From assembly GCA_964016885.1 (NCBI GenBank), contig OZ024743.1, positions 68,014,001 to 68,078,000 of the forward strand: DNA of 64,000 nucleotides. Direction: 5' to 3'. Both the position numbers and the translations under genes were made by a program. Every line of letters begins with the position of its first letter. The first letter of the stretch is position 1. Below, piece by piece: positions 13,875 through 28,033 of this stretch. Below the pieces are notes generated by a model, which saw only the letters and a program-made list of their open reading frames with translations, did no database searches and had not been told where the DNA came from. This stretch comes from Eledone cirrhosa (lineage: Eukaryota).

Positions 13875-14773
13875 GTGTATATACATATATATATGTACAT
13901 GTCTGTGTATGTGGGTGAGTGTGTGCATGTGTGTCTGTGTTTGTGTGTGTATGCGTTTGTTAGATTGTGAGTGTGACGTACTGTAAAGTATGTGATTAGG
14001 AATAGTTTGAGACACAATGATACAATGCAACTTTGAAAGACATGAAAATGAGAGAAGATTGATGTAAGAAACACAAGATATTTGAAATGTTTCCATATAC
14101 TTCTAATTTTTGCAGGTATGTAGCCCTTTACCAAAACGAAATCGGAGGGTTACTGACTTGCGCTGATAAGTATGGTAAAATAGCATATGGGGGTCTTGTA
14201 TCCTTCCTCTGCTAGTTATTAGAAGTTTCATTTTAATCAAGAATATAGCCACTTTGATACTTAAATTTCCCGTGTTATGTATGGTGGCGTCTGTTGTAAT
14301 GTTGATATATTAAGAGTGACGTTTCCATTGATGCATTTTAATATATACGGATCTATATCTTATATGGTACGCAGTATATAGGATAGATTGTAACAAATGT
14401 GGATACTCATTTGTTTCCTCATTTTGAAATGTCAGTGAAAATATTTGCAAATATGTCAGAAAGTAATTAATTGAGATATGATTGCCTTTAAAATACATCG
14501 TTAAAAAATGCGTCACACTTGCGTGCATTTTCAAATGTCGTATGCAGTTTGATTAAAGAATTACCAACCCCATCTGAAGTGTAAATTCCGAGAGGGCATA
14601 CATTAGAAGTGCCTATTTACCCACATGAATTAGATTACTTATTTGCTCATATACCTGTCTATATACACATATACTCACCCTAACACAAAATCCATATCCA
14701 CTTTAACACAAACACACGAAAGACACAGACAATCATACACACAAACACACACACACACACATACACACTCTCT

Positions 14774-14823
<50 letters not shown>

Positions 14824-14919
14824 TGTGCACATAGAGATGAAGCGAGCACACTGAAATTTGAAGTTTCTCATCCTTCTGTAAATAGCAATTACAATTCTGT
14901 AAACTTCTTCTATACGTCG

Positions 14920-15830
14920 ATTAGCGGTGCCATGACGAAGTCTCTCCTCCACCTCACCCTGTCAAGCCTGATCGTCTGAATGTCTCCTGCTTCCAACGCG
15001 GTATCATCTTCAAGAACATCCTATAGCCTGGTGCTTTGTGTCACAACTCGTTCAAACATCATGTTTCCACTAATGTCAGCCTCCTACGTCTTATGTTGTC
15101 AGAAAGACGTACGTGTGAAACATAGAGATGATTTATTTGCTACGTTTGTTTCTCAGAACATTTTCAGGACCGTTCTCAGCATGCGGGTGACTGTGTCATT
15201 AGTCCTCATTGTCAGTGTTTTCGTTAGTGTCCATCACTCCTATCTTTAGAGGAGAATGGACTCAACGGTTTATTTGAATAGACTCATTTTCGTAGTGTTC
15301 TTCATTGGAGACACCCACACCTTTGATAGGGAGTTGAGAGCCCCCCATGCCTTGCCTATCCTGATGTGCACACCGTACTCTGTGTTCATAATACTGGCAT
15401 GGTAAAAGAAATCTTCCACTCCCTCAATCTCCGATCTGGTGAACGCATGCATTTGTTTATTTAAGATACATGGATTTTGTTTTGTGAGCATTCAAGAAGA
15501 ATCCAATAAACTGCACGGCAGCTTACATATTCTGTGGCATGTCGTCAGCGTCTTTTTAGATGTTTTCCAGGAGAGGTATGTCATCTGCGTAACCCATTTC
15601 AGATGGAACTTCCTCCGGATATCAGATACTTTGTCAACTTTTCAGCATTATTCCGTCTGACGATGTAATGGCATTACGCAGTGCATAATCAAAGCATATC
15701 CCAAAAAGGGAAAAAGACAGAGGATCTCCTTGGAGAACTTAGTGTCAATGAGACTAGGTCTGAGTATCTCATAGCTGTTATCACCTGTGTGGAATTATTC
15801 TGATACATAACTTCTGTAACCTACACAACA
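14920..15830 (-). mobile_element. Decayed RTE/RTE-X-like LINE fragment
   Basis: IEGVEDFFYHAS..VHIRIGKAWGALNSLSKVWVSPM..TKMSLFK, a post-RT region; multiple stops. Confidence 0.65.
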
Positions 15831-15864
15831 TAACTGAGTGTTCATTACTATCATAATGTCAATA

Positions 15865-16048
15865 CGGTGAATTGGCAGTATCGGTAGAGGATCGGACGCC
15901 ATGCTTTCTAGCATAGTTACGTCCCTTTACGGTCTGAGTTCAAGTCCCGTCGAGGTTAACTTTGCCTTTCATCCTTACGGGGTCGATAAAATAAAGTACC
16001 AGTAATGTACTGAGTAATTGCTGGCCTTGTGACAAAAGTAAAACAATT
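15865..16048 (+). mobile_element. SINE family A (tRNA-type A/B boxes, Nin-domain-like core; resembles octopod OR2)
   Basis: TGGCAGTATCGG A-box, GAGTTCAAGTCC B-box, GCCTTTCATCCTTACGGGGTCGATAAA core, GGCCTTGTG..AAACAATT tail. Confidence 0.85.
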
Positions 16049-16357
16049 AAGTTAATGTCATTTAAAACACGCATTATTACCACCGCCCCGAAGGCTCCGA
16101 GCCCAATCACCCTCACCCCCTCATCATTATTCTGTGGCACTAGAACCCTTTCCTTTCCCTTCTTTATCCGTTTTTTTTTGTTCATATTTTCTTATTTTGC
16201 ATTCTATTCTTTCTTCTCAATCTACTTTTTCTTTAATCTCATATTATATATACATATTCAAACGATCATTGATTTCGTCATGTATTGTAAAATTGAATAA
16301 TAAACATCACTACTTTCATCTTCCAGTTTTTATTTTTCTTATAAATACACACATACA

Positions 16358-16412
<55 letters not shown>

Positions 16413-16437
16413 TATACACACACACACATATATATAC

Positions 16438-16499
<62 letters not shown>

Positions 16500-16590
16500 G
16501 ACGTAGAATAAGAAAATTATAAAAATTAACTTAGTTACTAAAATTTCACTCCAACTAATTAGTTTCTGAAAGGTTGGTAGATATACTAAT

Positions 16591-16630
<40 letters not shown>

Positions 16631-16817
16631 CGAAGGAAATGTGGTAAGGAACCAGGTGGACCATAACGCACCAAAGTACTCAATACTTGAGGTAGTAGAG
16701 TGGGTAATAGGAACCAGTAAGACCCCGACAGCTGGGCTCAAGCCGTTTCGACGGCTAATTCTGAATTAGCCGTCGAAACGGCTTGAGCTCAGATGTCGGG
16801 GTCTTACTGGTTCCTAT
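16631..16817. mobile_element. Short fold-back element in (TA)n (family also at 5693-5765, 11810-11870, 62185-62377)
   Basis: Palindrome at 16707-16817 centred on CGACGGCTAATTC-T-GAATTAGCCGTCG; shared leader ATAACGCACCA(A/G)AGTACTCAATACTT. Confidence 0.75.
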
Positions 16818-16949
16818 ATATATATGAAAAATATGGGGGACAAGAATACTGCATGGTTGCACATGGATAACATGTTATAAAATGAGTCCCTCATCAGTGA
16901 TTTGCCAACGATCATTGGTATTTCATCGCATTAATATATATATATATAG

Positions 16950-17142
16950 ATGGCGGTGAATTGGCAGTATCGGTAGAGGGTCGGACGCCATGCTTTGACG
17001 CATAGAGTTACGGCCCTTGCCATTCTGAGTTCAAATCCCGCCGAGGTTAACTTTGCCTTTCATCCTTACGGGGTCGATAAAATAAGGTACCAGTAATACA
17101 CTGGGAAATTGCTGGCCTTGTGCCAAAAGTAGAAACAATTAA
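16950..17142 (+). mobile_element. SINE family A, full length
   Basis: GGCGGTGAATTGGCAGTATCGGTAGAG...GAGTTCAAATCCCGCC...GGCCTTGTGCCAAAAGTAGAAACAATT. Confidence 0.9.
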
Positions 17143-17802
17143 TATATATATATATATATATATATACGCACTCACACTATCCACACACCCTACTACCACA
17201 ACTAACCCTCACCCACACATCCACTCTGACCACCCCACAACTGACATCACTAACCTCCTCGACCCCACGCACACGAACACACACCATCACACACACACCT
17301 ATGTACACAAACCACTCTATACACCCAACCACCACTAACCCTCATTTACACACCCGCTTTCAACCCTTTCCCCACCATATATAATACTAACACCCACTAA
17401 CACCCCCTTTACCACACACACACACTAATCCAACTCTCCCAACTCCACCCTCCAACACCCTTACACGCCACATACCCTTCCACCACTTGTTCATTTTATT
17501 GATTATTTTTATGTATATTTTTATTTTTATTTTTATTTTTATTTTTATTTTTATTTTTATTTGTTGTCCTACCCCATTTTTTCGAAATGTCATTCCACCC
17601 CTCCTCTACACACCCTCACAACTCTCTTCCTACCCAATTTTCTCCCGAAGAAGGGCTTATGCCTGAAACTTTGCCCCCCCCCCCCCCCCCCACACACACA
17701 CTCTCAAGAGCGTGAACCTAATAAACCTTTTTTTTTCTGCTCTCTGTTTTTGTTCCCGTCCAAATTTTCACTATATATATATTTAAATGTTCACTATATA
17801 TA

Positions 17803-18017
17803 GGCGTGTGGCTGATTGGTTAGAGAACTGGATTCGCAATCGTGAGGTTGTCAGTTCGATTCCTAGACCGGACGATGCGTTATATCCTTGAGCAAGACAA
17901 TTTATTTCACGTTGCTCCCTCTACCTGGAGTTGCGACCAATAGATAGTATTAGCAATTGGAAAGACCAACAGAAACATTGTTTCTTCGGTCCGATTTGAC
18001 GAAAGTCGATCGATAAA
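17803..18017 (+). mobile_element. tRNA-derived SINE family B, full length
   Basis: TGGCTGATTGG A-box, AGTTCGATTCC B-box, CCTTGAGCAAGACA core; matches 21-736. Confidence 0.8.
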
Positions 18018-18945
18018 TTATATTTATATATATGTGTGTGTGTGTATATGTGTGTGTGCGTGTATATATATGTATGCACATGTTTGTGCATATATATACA
18101 TGGATGCATTCTAGCTGTGGGATACCACTCACAATCCACTTGTCAAACTGATGTTACATTTGGAAATATTTGTTTTCGAAGCTGCACAGTTTGAACTAAT
18201 TCAGAACCCCGTAGCTACGAAGCTGATTTCTCCACCACATGGCTAAGTGAAGTTCGAAACTTTGTATTAGTTACTAAGCGATAGGGTTAAATGGAATAAT
18301 GACGTCTCACGAGAAACTTCTTTTTTTTTTGCTGAGATAGGAACGTCAATATTCTTTCTTCCACAGGGTAATAGAAACTCATCCAAAATTTTATGCGCTT
18401 CACTAAATAAGTATTTTTTTCTCTTCCAATGCAAACGGCGATCACTAGTTGTATTACTGATTTATAGAAGACTGAATATATTTTACATCCAAAGCAACTT
18501 GGCAGATTCTTCGACATTAACGTCCATTTCTCTACTGCGAATATATACTGAAAAATAACAATAAAAAAACACCAATAAAAATATATGTATATCTGCGGAT
18601 ATTTTATTGGAATATCAAACCATTTCTTAATTTTCTCTTACCAATTCCACTAGCTGACAATATGGCATTAGAGATTCTCTTTCTTAATGTCTCATATTTC
18701 TTTAGACCGTAAAAGTTGCGACAATAAATATTTACGCCATAAATATAGACGTATCTGAATTTTCTCTTCTGAAATTTGCAATCAAATCAATCTGGGGTGC
18801 CTCCACACACACGCAAGCGCTGCACACAAACACAATCACACACAGACACATACGCATATGCACACATACACACGCACACCAAAAGCACCACTACGCTCTA
18901 CATAGGTAGAACAAATAGTCAAGCATATATACATACACACACAGC

Positions 18946-19001
<56 letters not shown>

Positions 19002-19092
19002 AATATATAAACACATATATATATATGTATATATGTATATGTGTATATATATATATCTTTGTATATATATATGTATATATATATATATGTAT

Positions 19093-19285
<193 letters not shown>

Positions 19286-19745
19286 CATACGCAAATATGC
19301 AAATATATATATAGAGAGAGATACGGAGACAGGGTGATATTTACAAATATATGTCAATATATTCAGAGATGCAGTGTTCAATACAGTTCAGTATAAGAGC
19401 ATTATATAGAAATTTGACGCATATAAACATACATAATTTTAATCTTCTCTCCTTCAACTGGTTTAGTACATTAGACTGTGAAGATGCGGAGCCAATACCT
19501 TAAGGTAATTTAACCAAACGTAATGGCACGAATTCTTATTTTTTCGAGACTGTTAATTATTTTATCGATCTACTTTCGTTGAAGTTACTGGACTTATACA
19601 GAAACATCAAGAAAACTTCGATGGGACCACCCATGTAAATTCGCATATCGGAAGATTTGTCTATTATGTGTCGGCATCCAATCGCCTGATCAAACCCGAG
19701 ATGATCAATATCGAAGTTTTATAACAATCTTTCTCCTTCTCTCTC

Positions 19746-19821
<76 letters not shown>

Positions 19822-19849
19822 CCCTCTCTCTATCTCTCTCTCTCTCTCG

Positions 19850-19928
<79 letters not shown>

Positions 19929-19947
19929 TACATATATATATATATAC

Positions 19948-20016
<69 letters not shown>

Positions 20017-20018
20017 AT

Positions 20019-20049
<31 letters not shown>

Positions 20050-20129
20050 CATACATGTGTGCGTGTGTATCACAGGTTCTAGTCCTGTAGAAGCCATTTC
20101 TGTATTAAATATACATATATATATATAAT

Positions 20130-21805
<1,676 letters not shown>

Positions 21806-21812
21806 ATATTAC

Positions 21813-21863
<51 letters not shown>

Positions 21864-21866
<3 letters not shown>

Positions 21867-23366
21867 CGCGTGTATATTATTGTTTTCCTCATTTCGTGAG
21901 TTGTCTCCCCTTCCCGCTCCGTGTCGCTATGATACTTCCTCAGTAAAAAAACTGCTGGAATTTAAAATTTGGCGGTCATTCGAGGCGATAGAGAGCTACT
22001 TTACGGACATGATTTTTGACAGCGGTAAGAAATTGTTTTCTAATATCAATGTTTAATGGGCTTCCACTGATGATTTATAAGTGCCCACCTAAATATATTC
22101 TTACATGAATATATATTAGGCTTCTACATAAACTGGAAACATTCTCCCAAACTTGTAGAAAACTTATAATGAAACAATTGTTTGGAAAGAGAGATATACT
22201 TTAACTTTAATTATATCTCATAAAATAATACAACTGGTTTTTCCACATTATACATATTGTTAGCACCCCAAACACTTAAATTGGGTTTATATTTTAATAT
22301 AACCTAATGTGTGTTGAGTGAGATGGTTACCAGTCAGAGTTTAGCTTTAAACTATCTCTGTTATTGTATTAAATATTTACTCTTGATTGGCCAGATGTGT
22401 TTATTTCCAGGTACCTTATGAATTTGACTTTCCGTATTTATTACTGTTGTGAAATATTGTGGCTTTTTTTGGTTGTAACTTCTCTGTTTTTTAGCCTAGG
22501 AAAATATATATATATGCCTACGTATATAATTACATGCATATATGTATTTATTTTCTTTTATTAATTGAGTTCTTTACACGAGGAATTAACATTGGTTTTG
22601 AAATAACTAATTAACCCGCGTGTGTTTTATATTTTACTCTTAATAATTCGGCCGGAGAATTATATTCCCATTTGCCCTTTATAGCATAACTTTCTGCATT
22701 TACTGCGGTTATGAGAAGCGGTTCTTATTCGGGTACAACTTCTGATTTAGCCTAAGAAAATATCTATATGCGTGTGTAATTTATACAAGCATATATTTAT
22801 TTTTTTATTTTCAATTGAGTTCTTAAACACGTAGGATTGATAATGTTTTCAAAAAAACTAATTAACCCGCGTGTATATTATTGTTTTCCTCATTTCGTGA
22901 GTTGTCTCCCCTTCCCGCTTCGTGTCGCTATGATACTTCCTCAGTCAAAAACTGCTGGAATTTCAAATTTGGCGGTCATTCGAGGCTAGAGAGAGCTACT
23001 TTACGGACATGATTTTTGACAGCGGTAAGAAATTGTTTTCTTTTATCAATGTTTAATGGGCTTCCACTGATGATTTATAAGTGCCCACCTAAATATATTC
23101 TTACATGAATATATATTAGGCTTCTACATAAACTGGAAACATTCTCCCAAACTTGTAGAAAACTTATAATGAAACAATTGTTTGGAAAGAGAGATATACT
23201 TTAACTTTAATTATATCTCATAAAATAATACAACTGGTTTTTCCACATTATACATATTGTTAGCACCCCAAACACTTAAATTGGGTTTATATTTTAATAT
23301 AACCTAATGTTTGTTGAGTGAGATGGTTACCAGTCAGAGTTTAGCTTTAAACTATCTCTGTTATTG

Positions 23367-23370
<4 letters not shown>
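21864..23370 (+). repeat. Direct duplication with ~1.0 kb period and an internal ~250 bp subrepeat
   Basis: 21864-22370 is nearly identical to 22865-23370; 22480-22625 resembles 22735-22875. Confidence 0.9.
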
Positions 23371-23422
<52 letters not shown>

Positions 23423-23938
23423 TTATACTTTGGGAGGGTCATGTTGCCAATAAGAAACACACGCACCACATGCTTTCACTTCAATTTATTATAATAAATT
23501 TATAAATTTAGGAATTTATAAATGTATTATAATAAATTGAAGTGAAAGCACTGGTGCGTGTGTTTCTTATTGGCAACATGACCCTCCCAAAGTATAACAA
23601 TATCCGTTTCAACACACGTTTTCAGATAAAGAATCTTGCTAAACAAATTCAGAAACGAAATATATATATATATATAAATGAAAAGTATAGAAATTATTGT
23701 GAGCAAGAAGCCAACAGTATTTCATAATATATATATATGTGTGTGTGTATATACAAACATAAATATTTTATATACATATATATGTACTTCTGCAGTTTCT
23801 TCTAATCTATTTCATTGACACGTCATTGATCTGTTTTGAAGGTGTGGTTTCCTCTTTGAAACGCTGGCGGTGCAAACTTAAGTTAAATATTTAATATAAA
23901 TACACTATATGTGAATTGCAGCTTATCTCTTTTGTAAC

Positions 23939-23990
<52 letters not shown>

Positions 23991-24754
23991 CACACACACA
24001 CACAAACATACACACACACATAAACACGCACATACACACATAAACACACACACGAGCGTGCGCGCGCACACACACACATATATATATATGTATGTGTGCG
24101 TATGTGTGTGAGTGAGTGTGTGTGTGTCTGTGTGTCTGTGTGCATGTAATTATACGAGTTAAAAGTACTAATGATTTATTTAAATGTATATAAGACATAT
24201 ATGAAATTATAAGTTATTTCCTTCAACTAACGAACCTTGGTAAGAGACACACTGACCATTGGTAACAGACACATTAACCATAGCAATGTCAGAAATCATT
24301 TTCTTTTACGTCTTTAGTTTAACGGTTACGATTTGTTTTGTGTTTTCCACAGTCCCAAAATGATGACCGTTGAACTTCGATTTGAAATTTGGGAAGAGGT
24401 AGAAATCACACCGAGATTCGTCTGGGCTTTAGATAGGATGTGGTGGAATAGATATACTTTGTAGCAAATTTTGACACATATCCAACTGATTTACGTTTTG
24501 CTCCACATACACTTCTTTGAGTTAATGGTCAGTGAAATTTCTGTGAACTGCACGTGAACTACATAATCGGGGCTCTTTCGCCAGCCCCGCTTGTTCCACT
24601 AACATATTTTGTTCATTTGTTGACAAGATTGGCCTTCCAGGATGAGTTTCGTCTTTAAAATGTTCTTGGTCCTTTTGGAAAACTTTGTACTACTTAAAAA
24701 CCTTACTTCTCGTGTAACCTTAAGCTTGTGTTGAAAAAATTGAATGATTCTGTT

Positions 24755-25013
24755 GTAGATTTATTGAGTTTCACACAACATTTGATCCTGTACTGCTGTA
24801 GCTTTGTTGATTTTCACACAAAATTTGACCCTGTACTGCTGTAGGTTTGTTGATTTTCTTCACAAAATTTGATCCCGTACTGCTGTAGGTTTGTTGAGTT
24901 TCACACAAAATTTGATCCTGTACAGCTCTAGATTTGCTGAGTTTCACACACAATTTGATCCCGTACTGCTGTAAATTTGTTGAGTTTCACACTAAATTTG
25001 ATCCCGTACCACT
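24755..25013 (+). repeat. 43-bp minisatellite, ~6 copies
   Basis: Unit GTAG(C/G)TTTGTTGA(G/T)TTTCACACAAAATTTGATCC(C/T)GTACTGCT starting at 24755, 24798, 24841, 24885, 24928 and 24971. Confidence 0.9.
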
Positions 25014-25324
25014 GTTCGATATTTTACTGCATCAGAAACATTACAGGGGTTATAAATACCCCTGTATATAAACAACAGTAACCCATGACTGACTTGTATA
25101 TATATATATATATATATATTTGTCTCACTCGCTTTACGCGACTCACTTGTCCCAATAGCTTATTTTAGTTATTGCTCGCACCAACCTGATGTATATGATT
25201 TTTAATGCGATGCAATACCAATGATGGTTGGCAAATCACTGATGAGGGACTAATTTTATAATATGTTATCCATGTGCAACCATGCAGTATTCTTCTCCCC
25301 ATGTTTTTCATATATATATATATA

Positions 25325-25464
<140 letters not shown>

Positions 25465-25494
25465 TATATATATATATATATACACACACAAATA

Positions 25495-25552
<58 letters not shown>

Positions 25553-25593
25553 CACACACAAATAGACACACACACACACATATATATATATAT

Positions 25594-27412
25594 AGTATTT
25601 ACGTATCGAGAAAGAGAGAAAAAGGAGGGATAGGTGATACATATAGTTATTTGCCAATTAGCGTATGCCAAAGGTGCTCGATACTAGTGCCGGCAGTATT
25701 AAATATTCGAAGTGTTAATATTTAGTGGGCTAGAGAGTTAGCAGAGCGTAAGCACGTGGGAAAGTAAAAAAATCGGAGAATAGACCGTTAAGACATGTTT
25801 ATTTAAAATATCACCTACGTACGTTTCGCCCAGTTGGGCTTCTCAAGGGCATAAATAATCACAAGTGTTCCTTATATAGTTCGGAAAGAGTTTTGGGGGT
25901 TAAATCTACATCAGGATTCATTGCTCGCAAAAATATCTTGTTTTGATTTTGCAGCAGGTCAAGGGAGGTAACTCTGGCCGGTGTTAGGGCAGTCTTTCCT
26001 GGATAATTTTTTTTTTTTTTTTTTTTTTTTGCCGCATCCGTTTGTCTGAGGCTGGGTCTGGTATGCAAGGATTGTTTTCTGGGTGTTATTTTGCTGCGCC
26101 TGCCCGCCGGGGTGTTAAGACTTGTTGCAGGGAGATCCACTGTACTATTTCACTCTTCATTCTTAACCCATCTAAAGAAGGATATTTTTAAGCGATGTGT
26201 ACAACTTATCGCTGTTTCAGCTCTGCTGTTGATGAGCTCGTGGGGTGCAGTTATGATGTGGTAGAGCTCCATGGGGCAAAGATCGCATTTCCTCTTGAAG
26301 TTGTACGGTGCAGCCCTGCCGACAATCTCCCAGTGCGTGGAGAAGCTGATGTTTAAGTCCTTTAGTGATGTGATGTAGTCCGCGAGCGAAGTGGAGTGCC
26401 TTAGTTTTCTATTTGTGAAAGAGTGGAGATGTGTTCGAAACCTAATTTTGAACGGGCCGGAGGTGGCCCCTATATAATGTTTAACGCTATTGTGGCTAGT
26501 AATAGTGCATCTATATATAACCCTATCAATCAAGCAGTATCCTCTAAGGGGGCAGCGTCCTCTGTCGCCGCAGTTGCAATTTCTGTCGCGGTTCCGTCTA
26601 TTTCCCACTGTAAGGCTATCATTATTGCTGCCTACGTTGTTACCTACGCTACCGCAGCTGTCGTTAGCACAATTACAACCCACAGCACGCGGGATGGTGC
26701 GATTGTTATTCCGCACGTCATGTTCTGCATGTTCCCCAGTCACTTCGCGGTCATTCTGGTTGCGTCTGCGGATGCCGCTGCCAACACTATTGGATGCTGT
26801 CAGGGAGTTGTTAAGGCCGATATAGTTATTGTCAGGTGTAGGTGCGTCTGTGTCGAGGTGCTGTGTCTTGGTGATCTTACTGTGGTTCGTTGTTCCTATG
26901 ATGTCTGCTAGGTTAGGAGTAGTAGAGAAGGATATTTTTATATTGTTCCTATTAAGAATTTTTCTATACCTATGTTTATGTACACGAAGATGTTGGTTGG
27001 AAGGCGTTGGTAGTAGGCCGTCGCCTTTGTTGGTTTTGTAATAGGGGAATAATTTGAGTAACCTACAGTATTCACCGTCGCAGGGGACGTGATCTTTGGT
27101 GCAGTTATCTATTCTATTATATCCGACTTTAACGAGGTCGCCGCGTGATCGGTTATAGGTATGGCTTACTATAACGTTAGTTTTATGAGGGGGTGGTTTC
27201 TAGAGCAAGCGTTAGGGATGTAGGAAATTACTCGGTTAAAGCCGGCGCTGTGGTTGAGGTCCATAGTTACGGATAGGCTGTATGACTTAAATAACCTGTG
27301 TATATGTTTGTGAAGGTTCTCTATCCTACGGGTCTATGGTTCCTAACGGTAAACAGGGCGTCGTCCCTATATACACCTCCTTGTAGGGCCGGTATTTCTT
27401 CCCTAAGCTTAT
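25594..27412 (-). mobile_element. Inverted, 5'-truncated and internally deleted copy of the adjacent Penelope-like element
   Basis: ORFs 26150-26743 and 25859-26140 mirror 30178-30770 and 30780-31064; includes the pLTR and a hammerhead at 25809-25853. Confidence 0.92.
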
Positions 27413-27728
27413 GGGTTAAGAATGAAGAGTGAAATAGTACAGTGGATCTCCTTGCAACAAGTCTTAACACCGCGGCGGGCAGGCGCAGCAAAATAACACC
27501 CAGAAAACAGTCCTTGAATACCAGACCCAGCCTCAGACAAACCGATGCGGCAAAAAAAAAAAAAAAAAAAAAAAATTATCCAGGAAAGACTGCCCTAACA
27601 CCGGCCAGAGTTACCTCCCTTGATCTGCTGCAAAATCAAAACAAGATATTTTTGCGAGCAATGAATCTTGATGTAGATTTAACCCCCAAAACTCTTTCCG
27701 AACTATATAAGGAACACTTGTGATTATT

Positions 27729-27773
27729 TATGCCCTTGAGAAGCCCAACTGGGCGAAACGTACGTAGGTGATA
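27729..27773 (+). ncRNA. Penelope pLTR hammerhead motif with U3-A8 core (copies at 31070-31114 + and 25809-25853 -)
   Basis: TTGAGAA-GCCC(AACT)GGGC-GAAA-CGTACG-TA-GG; palindromic stem III; stem I short and imperfect. Confidence 0.62.
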
Positions 27774-28033
27774 TTTTAAATAAACATGTCTTAACGGTCT
27801 ATTCTCCGATATTTTACTTTCCCACGTGCTTACGCTCTGCTAACTCTCTAGCCCACTAAATATTAACACTTCGAATATTTAATACTGCCGGCACTAGTAT
27901 CGAGCACCTTTGGCATACGCTACTTGGCAAATAACTATATGTATCACCTATCCCTCCTTTTTCTCTCTTTCTCGATACGTGAATACTATATTACCGTGCT
28001 CCTTTTGTAGAGCATCTCACCTTATTTGCCATT

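Noticed and set aside
15940-16185. [10 protein letters not shown] resembles a kinase glycine loop
   Set aside because: No pyrimidine tract before the candidate acceptor, no other kinase motifs, and the ORF runs into a SINE.
17803-17875. tRNA-like sequence
   Set aside because: No complete cloverleaf; it continues into a SINE body repeated at 21-736.
24755-25013. Regular repeats suggesting a CRISPR array
   Set aside because: Contiguous 43-bp units with no unique spacers or cas genes, in eukaryotic DNA.
27442-27723. 93-94 aa Lys-run ORF repeated three times
   Set aside because: It is the Penelope pLTR; GTG start, A-run origin, and near-identical copies give no real evidence of coding selection.
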